NCBI GenBank assembly: GCA_028712125.1
Contig: JAQTQS010000001.1
Coordinates: forward strand, 3,526 to 67,525
DNA length: 64,000 nucleotides
From: Candidatus Altiarchaeota archaeon
GTDB lineage: Archaea > Altiarchaeota > Altiarchaeia > IMC4 > SCGC-AAA252-I15
Direction: 5' to 3'
The notes beneath the pieces are model-generated. The model had not been told where the DNA came from, made no database searches, and saw only the letters and a program-made list of their open reading frames with translations. The position numbers were made by a program, and so were the translations under genes. The stretch's first letter is position 1. Each line of letters opens with the position of its first letter. Shown here piece by piece: positions 8,501-17,168 of the stretch.

Positions 8501-11172
8501 AAGTCCTCGCCCCAAATTGTGCCGTCGCAATGGCCGCTTATACATTTGGCGTCAAACCAGCCGCAGTCGCCGTGGCCGTTGCCGAGCATATCACCCTGGT
8601 TGTCGGTCTCAGCTGCGCATAAATTGTCTTTAGCTTCAAAGTCTGGTATTATGTGGAATTCAGGCGTCACCTTGAATACCATGTCCCAGAGCATCCTCTT
8701 GTTGAACTGGCGGTAGTACTTCAGCTCGGACCTAGTCTCGCCCTCGTTGAACGGGTCTATCCGCCACATGTCTCCGACAACCGTGGAACCGCCGGGATTG
8801 TGGTAATACAGCGGATCCTCGTCATTCCGCTTTAAATCGCCCTGATGGGCCGGCCGCGTAGCCTCGACCTTCGGTGCATTCCAATTTGTGGTCTTTGGGC
8901 TTACAAACCAGTAACGGTCGGTAGCAGCAGGGTCGAAATAATCGATAAGCCTGGGAGGGGACAGCTTCCAGTAGATTATGGGATTGTTGACGGTATTTTC
9001 TAAAGGCCATGCGGCGGGCGATCGCCAATCCGTGACTTTTGGATATTCCGTGTAATTGTAGATTCTGTTTTGCATCGTGTAGTTATACGTTGTGCCGCCG
9101 TGCCAAGGTCCTTGCGTATAGTAATCAACCGCACCGGCACAACCAGAGCTGGTTCCGTCACTGCTATTGCCCCATGGAATTAGGTAAAACTTAGTGGACC
9201 AGCAAGTATTCGGGCGGCAACCTAGGTTAAAGGCTAAACGATAGTCGAATCCTTTCCAGTGTACTGTCGAATGGTTCACAAACGACGCGCTGACGTTGGA
9301 GCTGATTGATTCTATCGACTCGTTGACGATGTGCTTTCGGTCTGGAATACCGAGCTCGAAGTCGAACGCCTTGTCGTCGTACTCCTCGTCAGTCCCGAAA
9401 AACCAGCTCAACCAGCCGCCCCTCTTCCACGGATTCCCGTTGTCATCCTCGTCGTCAATGTCGTTAAACTGGAAGTAGTCGGCTGTCATGCCGGGCGTTT
9501 CGGACGGATCCGGCTGCTCCCACTCGAAGTAACCGCACTTCTGGCTCATAAGCGGATTTCTGAGCGAGCTGTCCTGGAAGCCCATTTCGTAGGAGGCAGC
9601 AAGCGCGGCCCCATAGCTGCATGTGAAATTCCCGGGACCGCACTTGTCGCTCCAGAAGGCGTCTGAGTCTGTCCGGCAGCCGAGGAGCCTGCCCGCGGAC
9701 TTTAAATTCCAATCCCGGAGCGTATAGACGTTCGATTCCCGTATCCTTTGCAGGTCTGACGGGTTTACCATGTGGGTTGAGCCTCTCGACTGCATCGACG
9801 TGGTGTAGTAGTACATCAAGCCCAAGTTCGCGCCATGCCTGGATTTGTTCAACACGGTTATGTAAACCATGGGGAAGTCAAATAGCTTGCCGGCGTCGAT
9901 GGCTTCCCACTGGCAGTCATTAAAGCCGACGTCTTTAATCTGCGCATCGTAAGAGGTGGATGTGGTGGTCCATTGGAGGCGAACGTTTTTGCACATGTTT
10001 GTAACGTTCACGTTGTAAGGCAGGTCGCAAGCGCGCACAAGTATGTAATCCATGCAGTAGTCGTAGTACCCCTCGTCGGTTGGCGTCCCGACCCCCGTGA
10101 CCGGGTTGACGCAACCCTGGGGGGTGTTCCGGCAGGCGTCCATGGCAGCGGCGATGTCCTTGCGGACATCGATTAACTCCCTGTCATCAACCGCTATGGG
10201 CGAGTAAACCCCATCAACAACGGTCAGGTTCAGGTACTCGCTTGGGAGCGTCCCATCTTCATAGGCCCGGTCTACCTTCATCAGGACCAGATACCTCTTC
10301 GGCTCGTCCTCCTCGCTGGAGCGGGCGCAATAGGGTACGTAATCGTTCTCGATGGCAGTCTTCCTGTCGCGGTTGGCGGCATTGTCCTCGCAGTAGCTGG
10401 CGCTATAGGTGAACTGGACTTCATCGTCGGTAATGCCGGTAACCTCTCCGCATTCGATGGTGCCGTCGTTACAAACCTTGACTGCGCGTATGTAACTCTT
10501 GAAGCTGTCCGGAGAAACTGGCATCGGGTCGTGGTCGACATCGAAGCCCATCGTCCCGCGCCCAAGCAACTTGCCCATTTTGCTGACGTTCAGACGCACA
10601 TACCAGACTGTCCCGCCGGCCCCGGCGCCGGACTCGCTCGGCGGGTCGACCGACCCGCGGAATCCGTCAACGTAATCCGGCACGTATTCGGGCGGCTTGC
10701 CATTGCACGTGTCTTTCATGGGGGCGCAGCAGCACAATGATTTCTTGAACGATCCCTCGTACTCGCCTGCCATGCAGCTTGCATCCCCGTTAATGTCGTG
10801 CATCCAGCCTTCGGGGCACATGAATTCCGACTTGTCGTCGCTGTTGGAGTAGATGCACTCCCCCCCGTCAGCGTCCGGGTCCATCGGGTCGTCCAACGTG
10901 GACCTGACGCAAGTCCCGTCTCCGCTCGCGTCGCACGTGAGGAAATCACAGCACTTCGCATCCGGCGGAAAGTCGGGCAGATTCTGGCAGAAGTCGTTGC
11001 CATCCGGCATCTCCCGCTGGCAGTACACGCCGCAGTCCCCGGGCTGGCAGTCCGGGCTTATACTTTCCGGCAGCGATTCATCGCACGGTGTCTGGGCGCT
11101 AGCGATTTGACATGCTGCGAGAAGGAGACCGGCTATTGCAAGGAAGGCGATTGACAGTTTCCGTGCATTCAT
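5512..11172 (-). CDS. Giant Cys-rich secreted/surface protein (1886 aa) with C-terminal TM anchor
   Basis: N-terminal signal peptide MNARKLSIAFLAIAGLLLAACQIASA; many Cys clusters; C-terminal WVIIVVFLALMSY plus short charged tail. Confidence 0.8.
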   Translation of the reverse strand: MNARKLSIAFLAIAGLLLAACQIASAQTPCDESLPESISPDCQPGDCGVYCQREMPDGNDFCQNLPDFPPDAKCCDFLTCDASGDGTCVRSTLDDPMDPDADGGECIYSNSDDKSEFMCPEGWMHDINGDASCMAGEYEGSFKKSLCCCAPMKDTCNGKPPEYVPDYVDGFRGSVDPPSESGAGAGGTVWYVRLNVSKMGKLLGRGTMGFDVDHDPMPVSPDSFKSYIRAVKVCNDGTIECGEVTGITDDEVQFTYSASYCEDNAANRDRKTAIENDYVPYCARSSEEDEPKRYLVLMKVDRAYEDGTLPSEYLNLTVVDGVYSPIAVDDRELIDVRKDIAAAMDACRNTPQGCVNPVTGVGTPTDEGYYDYCMDYILVRACDLPYNVNVTNMCKNVRLQWTTTSTSYDAQIKDVGFNDCQWEAIDAGKLFDFPMVYITVLNKSRHGANLGLMYYYTTSMQSRGSTHMVNPSDLQRIRESNVYTLRDWNLKSAGRLLGCRTDSDAFWSDKCGPGNFTCSYGAALAASYEMGFQDSSLRNPLMSQKCGYFEWEQPDPSETPGMTADYFQFNDIDDEDDNGNPWKRGGWLSWFFGTDEEYDDKAFDFELGIPDRKHIVNESIESISSNVSASFVNHSTVHWKGFDYRLAFNLGCRPNTCWSTKFYLIPWGNSSDGTSSGCAGAVDYYTQGPWHGGTTYNYTMQNRIYNYTEYPKVTDWRSPAAWPLENTVNNPIIYWKLSPPRLIDYFDPAATDRYWFVSPKTTNWNAPKVEATRPAHQGDLKRNDEDPLYYHNPGGSTVVGDMWRIDPFNEGETRSELKYYRQFNKRMLWDMVFKVTPEFHIIPDFEAKDNLCAAETDNQGDMLGNGHGDCGWFDAKCISGHCDGTIWGEDFCCEDGTTWDTSAGCCQTCGVYQREIHHNDYCRYKIQNGNRWGNDCRCGKAEGGCRNNDECMPGLNCTANPYVHCFGGCGNWNKACCPADALLWNGIECVPAPGTPVIQKDATIYTRTRGNALSGVKERGGGPIWFHFAAGGNLPNETEAGGTYTATEYCQKFIGSGCDDGGWMSSDPDFGSYFNTQICPYAWDYMRDQGGIWDESKNLGNDRVREDVIVDDIWSQTGPNPDGATGCNVWTPQHYWCSNLEGCNCYPNYATLTGPGDWTNRIAPQSGENPYWVCDGALQNPDGKTPEPPESCGKSCRKLLMKPEYLSYPVLAWFDYMISENSGAGANGKMPAGPNVLPLEAPWNFLHVGASVLTHNLNDQTTSFQITMNYSALHTIIRQPLAQECFWYGCNAYQYCHWIDYYKLCDDGEFPMNGFYYKDCDSPCGECEVGTYPCCPSGYYPNGTCILWENCNYPLDLGTEVHNTPTGPIVVNCQVIYRWRGCIHCWGAWTHNPCAYPVSSEDPLGGFQQARPDALEEINDTSSVYAKPYGGHLETSRPLGNPGSHAFVNVYGFIDYNWGGSPSDADYRRYRVNGSLRIGSIDLRQNDLIGGFDMVVPDSTMVNFIAKDYPPIHELYILDSTISKEVITINSKMQDMLFLKPCKGGSEDYWHYMINPFKKYYYGTQGRIQEKNGKTRTFFMAIGEPYSWDVQLTCDDGTWFKDPSKEQVGLFRNFHEDEAKYWDLVGFYSQPKDLQESETSMGGKQASGSETFEFKKVAEEESAISSKIAFSPQTKLYTLNFSTQSIESEKFEDSILRIYSDFRHIEIHPFRTEDGQALSCGNDHITEAVGSVWKNVYMRHPVELDVEPVSETPTHICFRVTGTDQCDGSELRMGRYKLDFNFPYTQYSGIYSIGQIIRAPTCIEKRSRRITFNADYFGYGPASGQAGYQTSLKELEIEVAYKNFLDYLLENAWVIIVVFLALMSYRFFEARRMDFQDMWDEWKGKK

Positions 11173-11288
11173 TTTTAGACTTGCGTATATTAATGCCGAC
11201 GCCGCATGGCTTATAATTTATAATATAATATACTATTAATTTTCGCCCTATATAACCGTCATAAACACCACCGCCAGGTTTGAGAAAA

Positions 11289-12401
11289 TCATCGACGCCC
11301 ACGCGATAAAACCGTTTTATAATAAAGGTTGTAAAAATGCGTTAATTCCGCAAAAAGCTCCGGCGTAACGTACCCAACAACAACCGAGCCGTCGACAACA
11401 AGCGTAATATCCCTCGCCAAAAACTCCCTCATCCCGTCGGCAACGCTGGCCCCGGAGCTGACAACGCCATAGCCGTCCTGCGCGACCGCGCCAACAGTAA
11501 GGGCATCGCGCCCGGGCGCCAGACGCCCAAGACTTTGGACGTCCAAGACACCGCGCAGGCTGCCGTCCGGATTCACGACAAGATAAAACCGTTCCTCAGG
11601 CCGGGCGACCACACGCAGGAATTCCGCCACCTTAAGCCGGCCGTCAACGACCGGCAGCTTGTGACCGGAGGAGACCAGTTCGCGCATCGACATGCCGGAA
11701 AATGTGTTTCTGAGCATTACGAACTGCACTTCAACGCTGCTGGACTGGGATAAGAACCAGCTCATGACTATCAGCCATATGCCCCCGGAAAAGAACGTGA
11801 GCAAACCCAGGACAAACATCGCCATGAAGATGAGATTGCCGAAGGCTCCGGCTATCTTCGTCGCCCTGACGTAATCAAACCACAATGCCAGCATGGACCT
11901 GAGCACCCGCCCGCCGTCCATCGGAAACGCGGGAATCATGTTGAATGTGCCGAGCACAAGGTTTGACATGACAAGCATGCTCATCACGAACGACGGCGTG
12001 AAGACGCCCATATTCCCGGAATCAAGCATGTTCAGAACGTCGAAATAGCCAATAAGCCCAAGACCGGATAATTTCATCAACAGCAGGCAGACGCCGGCAA
12101 GGAAGAAATTGAAGAAAGGCCCGGCGAGGGATATCCTTAGCTCTTTTACGGGGTTCTCCGGGATTTCGATGCTGGAGAGGCCTCCGAAGGGCAGGAGGAT
12201 TATCCTCGGCACCTTGATGCCGGAGAGAATCGCCGCAATGGAATGACACAGCTCGTGCGCGAGGACGAGCGAGAAGACCACAAGGATGAAGAGCATGTTG
12301 GGGAAGCCCAATAATGCAAAAAGCAGGAAGAACAGGATGAATGTCAGGTGGACTTCTACCGAAATGCCGGCCACGCGAAAAAGCCGAAAAGAGCTGCGCA
12401 T
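11289..12401 (-). CDS. Site-2 protease (M50) with C-terminal CBS-like region
   Basis: HELCH, AGP..N and FNMIPAFPMDGGRVLR motifs. Confidence 0.92.
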   Translation of the reverse strand: MRSSFRLFRVAGISVEVHLTFILFFLLFALLGFPNMLFILVVFSLVLAHELCHSIAAILSGIKVPRIILLPFGGLSSIEIPENPVKELRISLAGPFFNFFLAGVCLLLMKLSGLGLIGYFDVLNMLDSGNMGVFTPSFVMSMLVMSNLVLGTFNMIPAFPMDGGRVLRSMLALWFDYVRATKIAGAFGNLIFMAMFVLGLLTFFSGGIWLIVMSWFLSQSSSVEVQFVMLRNTFSGMSMRELVSSGHKLPVVDGRLKVAEFLRVVARPEERFYLVVNPDGSLRGVLDVQSLGRLAPGRDALTVGAVAQDGYGVVSSGASVADGMREFLARDITLVVDGSVVVGYVTPELFAELTHFYNLYYKTVLSRGRR

Positions 12402-12407
12402 TTTGAC

Positions 12408-12896
12408 CTAGCCCCGCTGGACCGCAGTGACGCCGGTGCGCGCGACCTCCTTGATTCCGAAGCCCTTCACGACGTTGATGAAGGCCTCAACCTTCGCCGA
12501 ATCCCCGGTAAGCTCGACCGAAAGCGACTTCGGGGAAACGTCGACCACGCTTCCGCGGAACACGTCGGCGTACTGTATGACATGCTCCTTCGTCTTGTTG
12601 TCGGGCGTGTGAATCTTGACGATGCAAAGCTCCCTGCAGACCGACGTCTCGGGCGAAAGCTCTACGACCTTAATCACATTGACGAGCTTGTTCAACTGCT
12701 TCTCAATCTGCTCGACAATCCTGTCCTCACCGCGCGTGAGGAGGGTCATCCGGGATATCGACGGATTCTCCGTAGGCCCGACCGAGATGCTGTCTATGTT
12801 GTACCTTCTGCGGGAGAAAAGCGACGAAACCCGCTGGAGCACGCCAGGCCGGTTCTCGACCAAGACCACGAAAATATGCTCGCTTCCTTCGGTCAT
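12408..12896 (-). CDS. ilvN: Acetolactate synthase small (regulatory) subunit
   Basis: VENRPGVLQRVSSLFSRRRYNIDSISVG...EVARTG. Confidence 0.95.
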   Translation of the reverse strand: MTEGSEHIFVVLVENRPGVLQRVSSLFSRRRYNIDSISVGPTENPSISRMTLLTRGEDRIVEQIEKQLNKLVNVIKVVELSPETSVCRELCIVKIHTPDNKTKEHVIQYADVFRGSVVDVSPKSLSVELTGDSAKVEAFINVVKGFGIKEVARTGVTAVQRG

Positions 12897-13014
12897 AAGT
12901 ATAACTTACAACTTGGCCTTTAATAATCACTAGGGGAAAAACCAAGACAGGGGAGGCATGTATGACGCCGTGGAACACTCTTTATTTAAACGAAAAACGA
13001 ATCATTATTCCAAG

Positions 13015-13791
13015 ATGTATCCAAACGAAGGGGAGTTTATACTCGGCACGGTCCAAAGCCTGTTCAAGCAGGGAGCGTTCATAACCCTCGACGAATACCC
13101 GGGCAAACGCGGGATGCTGCCGCTGTCGGAGATATCGCTCAAATGGGTGCGCAACATCCGCGACTACGTGAAGGAGGGCCAAAAGGTCGTACTGCTGGTG
13201 CTTCGCGTGGACCCGGAGAGAGGCCACATCGACCTGTCGCTGCGCAGGGTTAACGACGCACAGAGAAAGCAGAAGCTGCAGGACATCAAACAGGAGCAGC
13301 GGACTAAAAAGATTCTCGAAATGGTGGCGGCCGAACTGAAGGTCAGTTTCCAGGAAATCTCGACGAAGGTCACATGCGAACTCACACTGGAATACCCGAG
13401 CATCTACAAGGCGCTTGAGGCCATAACGCTGGACAAGGCTGCGGCAGACAGGTTCAAGATTCCGGACAAATGGAAGGCCAAGCTCGTCGAGATAACATGC
13501 AAGAGCATAAAGCCGCCGTACGTCGAAATCAACGGGTATGTGGAGCTGCACAGCTACGAGCCTGACGGGATTGACGTCATAAAGGAGTCGCTCCAGAGGA
13601 TGTCCGGCAATACGAGCGACGCGGAGATAGGCATAAGCTACATATCGGCGCCCATCTACCGCATACACGTCAAGGCGCGCGACTACAAGACAGCGGAAAA
13701 GGCGCTCCAGCATTCCGCGGACTTGGGCATTGCCTACGTTGAGGAAAAACACGGCACCGGCGAATTCCACCGGGAGCTCAAGAAACAATGA
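13015..13791 (+). CDS. eif2a: Translation initiation factor aIF2 alpha subunit
   Basis: S1 domain YPNEGEFILGTV...GHIDLSLRRV, APIYRI; alternative start at 12958. Confidence 0.95.
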   Translation: MYPNEGEFILGTVQSLFKQGAFITLDEYPGKRGMLPLSEISLKWVRNIRDYVKEGQKVVLLVLRVDPERGHIDLSLRRVNDAQRKQKLQDIKQEQRTKKILEMVAAELKVSFQEISTKVTCELTLEYPSIYKALEAITLDKAAADRFKIPDKWKAKLVEITCKSIKPPYVEINGYVELHSYEPDGIDVIKESLQRMSGNTSDAEIGISYISAPIYRIHVKARDYKTAEKALQHSADLGIAYVEEKHGTGEFHRELKKQ

Positions 13792-13943
13792 GCATGAAAA
13801 AATGCACGTCCTGCGGGACATACACGCTCAAGGCTGAATGCCCGGCATGCGGAAAGATTGCTGCAAGCCCCCACCCCGCCCGGTACTCGCCAAACGACAA
13901 ATACGGCGAATACCGCAGAAGGATGAAAAAAGAAAACATTTGA
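13788..13943 (+). CDS. nop10: H/ACA RNP protein Nop10
   Basis: Translated by hand, absent from ORF track: MSMKKCTSCGTYTLKAECPACGKIAASPHPARYSPNDKYGEYRRRMKKENI; conserved eif2a-nop10-PAC2 order. Confidence 0.93.
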   Translation: MSMKKCTSCGTYTLKAECPACGKIAASPHPARYSPNDKYGEYRRRMKKENI

Positions 13944-13946
13944 ACG

Positions 13947-14711
13947 ATGGAAAACTCGATCATCACAATCCTGGAAAAACCCGACCTGAAAAATCCGATA
14001 CTCATAGAAGGATTGCCCGGCATCGGGCTTGTCGGAAAGCTTGCCGGCGACCACCTGCTTGAAGAGCTCAAGGCGAAAAAGATAGCCGAACTGCACTCCC
14101 CGTACCTGCCCCCGCAGGTGAACATACAGGAAGACGGCACGATAAAGCTCGTGAACATGGAATTCCACAGCTGGACCAACGGCACGCAGGAGGTAATACT
14201 ACTCACGGGCGACTTCCAGGGGATAACCCCGGACAGCCAGTACCAGATGGCTGAAAAGACCATTGACTTCGCAAAACAACTGAACGTCAAACGCATCTAC
14301 ACGCTCGGCGGGCTGGCCACCGGGAACATCACTCAGAAACCAAGGGTGTTCGGCGCCGCAACCAGCAAGAAAACCGTCGAGGAGCACCAGAAATACGACA
14401 TAACGTTCAAAGGAGACGGCGCGATATTCGGAGCCTCCGGACTGCTGCTCGGACTCGGCGCAAGAAGCGGCCTAGACGGCGTCTGCCTGATGGGCGAGAC
14501 GCACGGCCAGATAATAGACGCAAAATCCGCAGAAGCCGTGCTGCGGGTGCTTACCAAGATACTCGGAATCGAAGTGGACATGACAGCCCTCGAGAAAAAG
14601 GCCAAGGACACTGAAAAACAGATGAGCCAGATAACCAAGATGATAGCCGGCCACCAGCAGAACCGCAAGAGCGAGGACTACCCCGGCGAGGCCACCAACT
14701 ACATACGATAG
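13947..14711 (+). CDS. Proteasome assembly chaperone (PAC2) family protein
   Basis: LIEGLPGIGLVGKLA, IYTLGG, CLMGET. Confidence 0.92.
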   Translation: MENSIITILEKPDLKNPILIEGLPGIGLVGKLAGDHLLEELKAKKIAELHSPYLPPQVNIQEDGTIKLVNMEFHSWTNGTQEVILLTGDFQGITPDSQYQMAEKTIDFAKQLNVKRIYTLGGLATGNITQKPRVFGAATSKKTVEEHQKYDITFKGDGAIFGASGLLLGLGARSGLDGVCLMGETHGQIIDAKSAEAVLRVLTKILGIEVDMTALEKKAKDTEKQMSQITKMIAGHQQNRKSEDYPGEATNYIR

Positions 14712-14734
14712 GCATTTCGCGCTCATAGGAAAAG

Positions 14735-15130
14735 ATGGACGCCGTCAGCGTGCTGGAAGAGTACAACAACATCCTTTCCGACAGGACGGCTTTCGCCGTG
14801 CTCCTCGTTCTCGCCGCCCTCGTCGTAGTCGCAAGACAGCAGGAATTCCGAGCCCGCACGAGGATGGTGCTCCTATCCTTCATGCTCTTCATGGCCTTCC
14901 TCCGGACGGCCCCTTTCATCTACGAAAAAACCCAGTCGATTATGGCAGTCTACGCCGCCGGGGCGCTCACAGTAATAATAATTTATACGCTGCACAGGCA
15001 TACCACCACAGCCGCAACCAAAGCGCTGGACAGGGAATTTACGGATTGGAAAAAACAATCAAACGTGAAAAACGCCAGGTCGCATCACGGCGTTGACGGT
15101 GCTGAAACGAGCCGGCATGAGGCCGAATAG
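14735..15130 (+). CDS. Hypothetical membrane protein
   Basis: Three hydrophobic segments; co-oriented with the upstream operon. Confidence 0.6.
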   Translation: MDAVSVLEEYNNILSDRTAFAVLLVLAALVVVARQQEFRARTRMVLLSFMLFMAFLRTAPFIYEKTQSIMAVYAAGALTVIIIYTLHRHTTTAATKALDREFTDWKKQSNVKNARSHHGVDGAETSRHEAE

Positions 15131-15197
15131 GTTAACGATGCTTGCGAAAGTTGGCATACGCCGCTAGTCAAGCACTCTTGTGCAGTCGTAAACTGAA

Positions 15198-15261
15198 TTT
15201 TTCTTTCTTTGAACCCAAGGGCCTTTCTTTCTTTTTTCGCAAAAAAGAAAGAAAGGGGCTT
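15198..15261. repeat. 64-bp palindromic repeat unit, copy 1 (tRNA 3' trailer)
   Basis: 63/64 identical to 15324-15387; contains hairpin TTTCTTTCTTTTTT-CGC-AAAAAAGAAAGAAA. Confidence 0.95.
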
Positions 15262-15426
15262 GCGGGGGACGAGGTTCGAACTCGCGCAGGCCTTCGCCAC
15301 AGGATAACTTAAGTTCCTTGGGTTTTTTCTTTCTTTGAACCCAAGGGCATTTCTTTCTTTTTTCGCAAAAAAGAAAGAAAGGGGCTTCCTAAGTCCTGCT
15401 CATTTGACCAACTCTGACACCCCCGC
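15261..15426 (-). tRNA. tRNA-Leu(UAG) with 82-nt intron at position 37/38 (intron 15306-15387)
   Basis: Acceptor GCGGGGG/CCCCCGC-A; anticodon stem CAGGA/TCCTG with loop CT-TAG-G^A; long variable arm; GCGAG-TTCGAAC-CTCGT T arm; BHB with CTTA/TAAG helix and GGA/TTA bulges. Confidence 0.95.
15324..15387. repeat. 64-bp palindromic repeat unit, copy 2 (inside tRNA intron)
   Basis: Near-exact copy of 15198-15261. Confidence 0.95.
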
Positions 15427-15554
15427 GTAAGTAAAATTGGGATGTTCCCGCTTTTTATCGGGACTTCATATTATAGGGATTCCAGTGAATAAAAGCCTAT
15501 TACGAGGCTTCTGTATGCGTTTTTTCGTTTTCCAAGCCCGCTGGTTTGGGTTGG

Positions 15555-15611
15555 AGTATCAAGCACTGTGCTTGATACTAAGGAGAATCAAACACCCTGC
15601 TTGATTCTCCT
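15555..15611. repeat. Two adjacent related palindromes (TGCTTGAT motif)
   Basis: AGTATCAAGCAC-T-GTGCTTGATACT (perfect, 15555-15579) and AGGAGAATCAAACA-CCC-TGCTTGATTCTCCT (15581-15611). Confidence 0.85.
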
Positions 15612-15818
15612 CTTTCAGCCTTTTCAGTAAGGTATTTAGACAACGAAAAATAGAAGACGCAAGCCCTAAAAACAAAAAAACGTCTACATGCCCTGTTGAA
15701 TCCTTACTCTGAGAAAGCCAAAACCTATCAAGAGGCTAGGTTGCACCAGAACAAACAAACGACTTACAGAAACAAACGAAAGGGCTTGACGTTGTATCCG
15801 GTTGGGTGTACATTAATC

Positions 15819-16289
15819 CTACTTTGGCTTTAATTGCTTATCTTTGGCTGACTTTCTGCATGGAGATTTACTTTTTTTAAATGCTGTTAAGATAGTTTTT
15901 TGGTCAAAGGAATTAAGCTCTAGCCTATTGAATTGCTGAAATACATAAACCTGGTATCTAGGAGTTTCTTTCTTTTCTTTGGATTTCTTTTTTATCAGCT
16001 TCTTTAAGGTATCTAGTATTATCGTAATAATGCCTGCCTTGGCAAGTTCTCCTAAAAAATCAGAAATAATTTCTGGACCACACTCATGCCGGATTAATGT
16101 AATACGAATTCTGTCTTTTGGACTAATTACTTCAATATTCTTGTAATCAATATCCTTTACGTTTAAATCGAGTTTTTCAAGCTCCTGAACAAATTCATCA
16201 AATTGCGCTCCTTTTAAGTCTAAGTAGTGATCTTTTGTTTTGAACCATATTGCCACACCCGGACTTTTACATTTATCACAATAGTCCAT
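15819..16289 (-). CDS. Hypothetical protein
   Basis: 156-aa ORF in AT-rich DNA; HExGPEI motif followed by a hydrophobic helix. Confidence 0.65.
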   Translation of the reverse strand: MDYCDKCKSPGVAIWFKTKDHYLDLKGAQFDEFVQELEKLDLNVKDIDYKNIEVISPKDRIRITLIRHECGPEIISDFLGELAKAGIITIILDTLKKLIKKKSKEKKETPRYQVYVFQQFNRLELNSFDQKTILTAFKKSKSPCRKSAKDKQLKPK

Positions 16290-16464
16290 AAATAGAATAT
16301 TCTACCTAAAGAAGATAAGACAGTTTTCGAGTAAACCACCCCGAAGGGAATAGACGTCCGTCAGGATAGGTAGGACATATTATCCTTGGGAAGTCGATGC
16401 TGTATGCCCGGTTTAGCCGTTAAGGGCGTCCAGCATTTAGCAGGGAATAGAAGCTATTCGCTGG

Positions 16465-17040
16465 TTAGCTTTTGGTTGAATCCGGGCTTGAACCGTGCTT
16501 TGTTTTTGATTCTAGGCTTGAATCGCCTTGAAAATATGAGGCGATTTTATCTTGAACCGTTCGCCTAGTAAAAGTCGCACCGTATTCTTGATAATGCTCT
16601 AAATTATCCCAGTTGGTGACAACAAAGAAGTAATCAGCATAATTCCCTAAGACAACCATCTTAGGCATAAGCTCTTTTTCGCTTTTTCGGGTGGCTTCGA
16701 CCTCCACAGCTATCCAGCGACCTTCATCCAAACCGAATGTAACGTCCGGTAATCTCGTAAGATTGTATTCTACCTTAGGAGTGTATTTCCGAATCTCGTC
16801 GTATATTATGTTCCAAAGGATGAAATGGGCGTCCGACTCGCCAGTCTCATTCCTTACCAGAAAAGCAGTCCCATTGCCTTGAGAAAACCCCGGATCCCGG
16901 ACTTCATGAAAACCCAGACTTTTAAGTATGTCAAGCCGGACCTTATTCAACTCACTCTTAACATGAATCTTCCGCTCTGTATTAAACCGCGTATGGTCTA
17001 TACCTGCTATCCTCGCCATAAATATAACACTAGACGACAA
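16465..17040 (-). CDS. PD-(D/E)XK-like domain protein, possibly a truncated remnant
   Basis: PDVTF...IAVEVEATRK motif; start uncertain. Confidence 0.5.
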   Translation of the reverse strand: MSSSVIFMARIAGIDHTRFNTERKIHVKSELNKVRLDILKSLGFHEVRDPGFSQGNGTAFLVRNETGESDAHFILWNIIYDEIRKYTPKVEYNLTRLPDVTFGLDEGRWIAVEVEATRKSEKELMPKMVVLGNYADYFFVVTNWDNLEHYQEYGATFTRRTVQDKIASYFQGDSSLESKTKHGSSPDSTKS

Positions 17041-17168
17041 ACGACTTGTCGATTAAGAGAAAGCAAATTGACATTATCCAAAAGTACAACTCAAAAAATA
17101 CAAACTAGCATCGTACGAAATACGATAATACGAAAAAGGCAAATTTAAGGCCGCATGTAACTTAACTA

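Noticed and set aside
15198-15387. Repeat pair as a CRISPR array or att site
   Set aside because: Only two 64-bp copies, separated mainly by a tRNA exon; no cas genes; the repeat is not mature tRNA sequence
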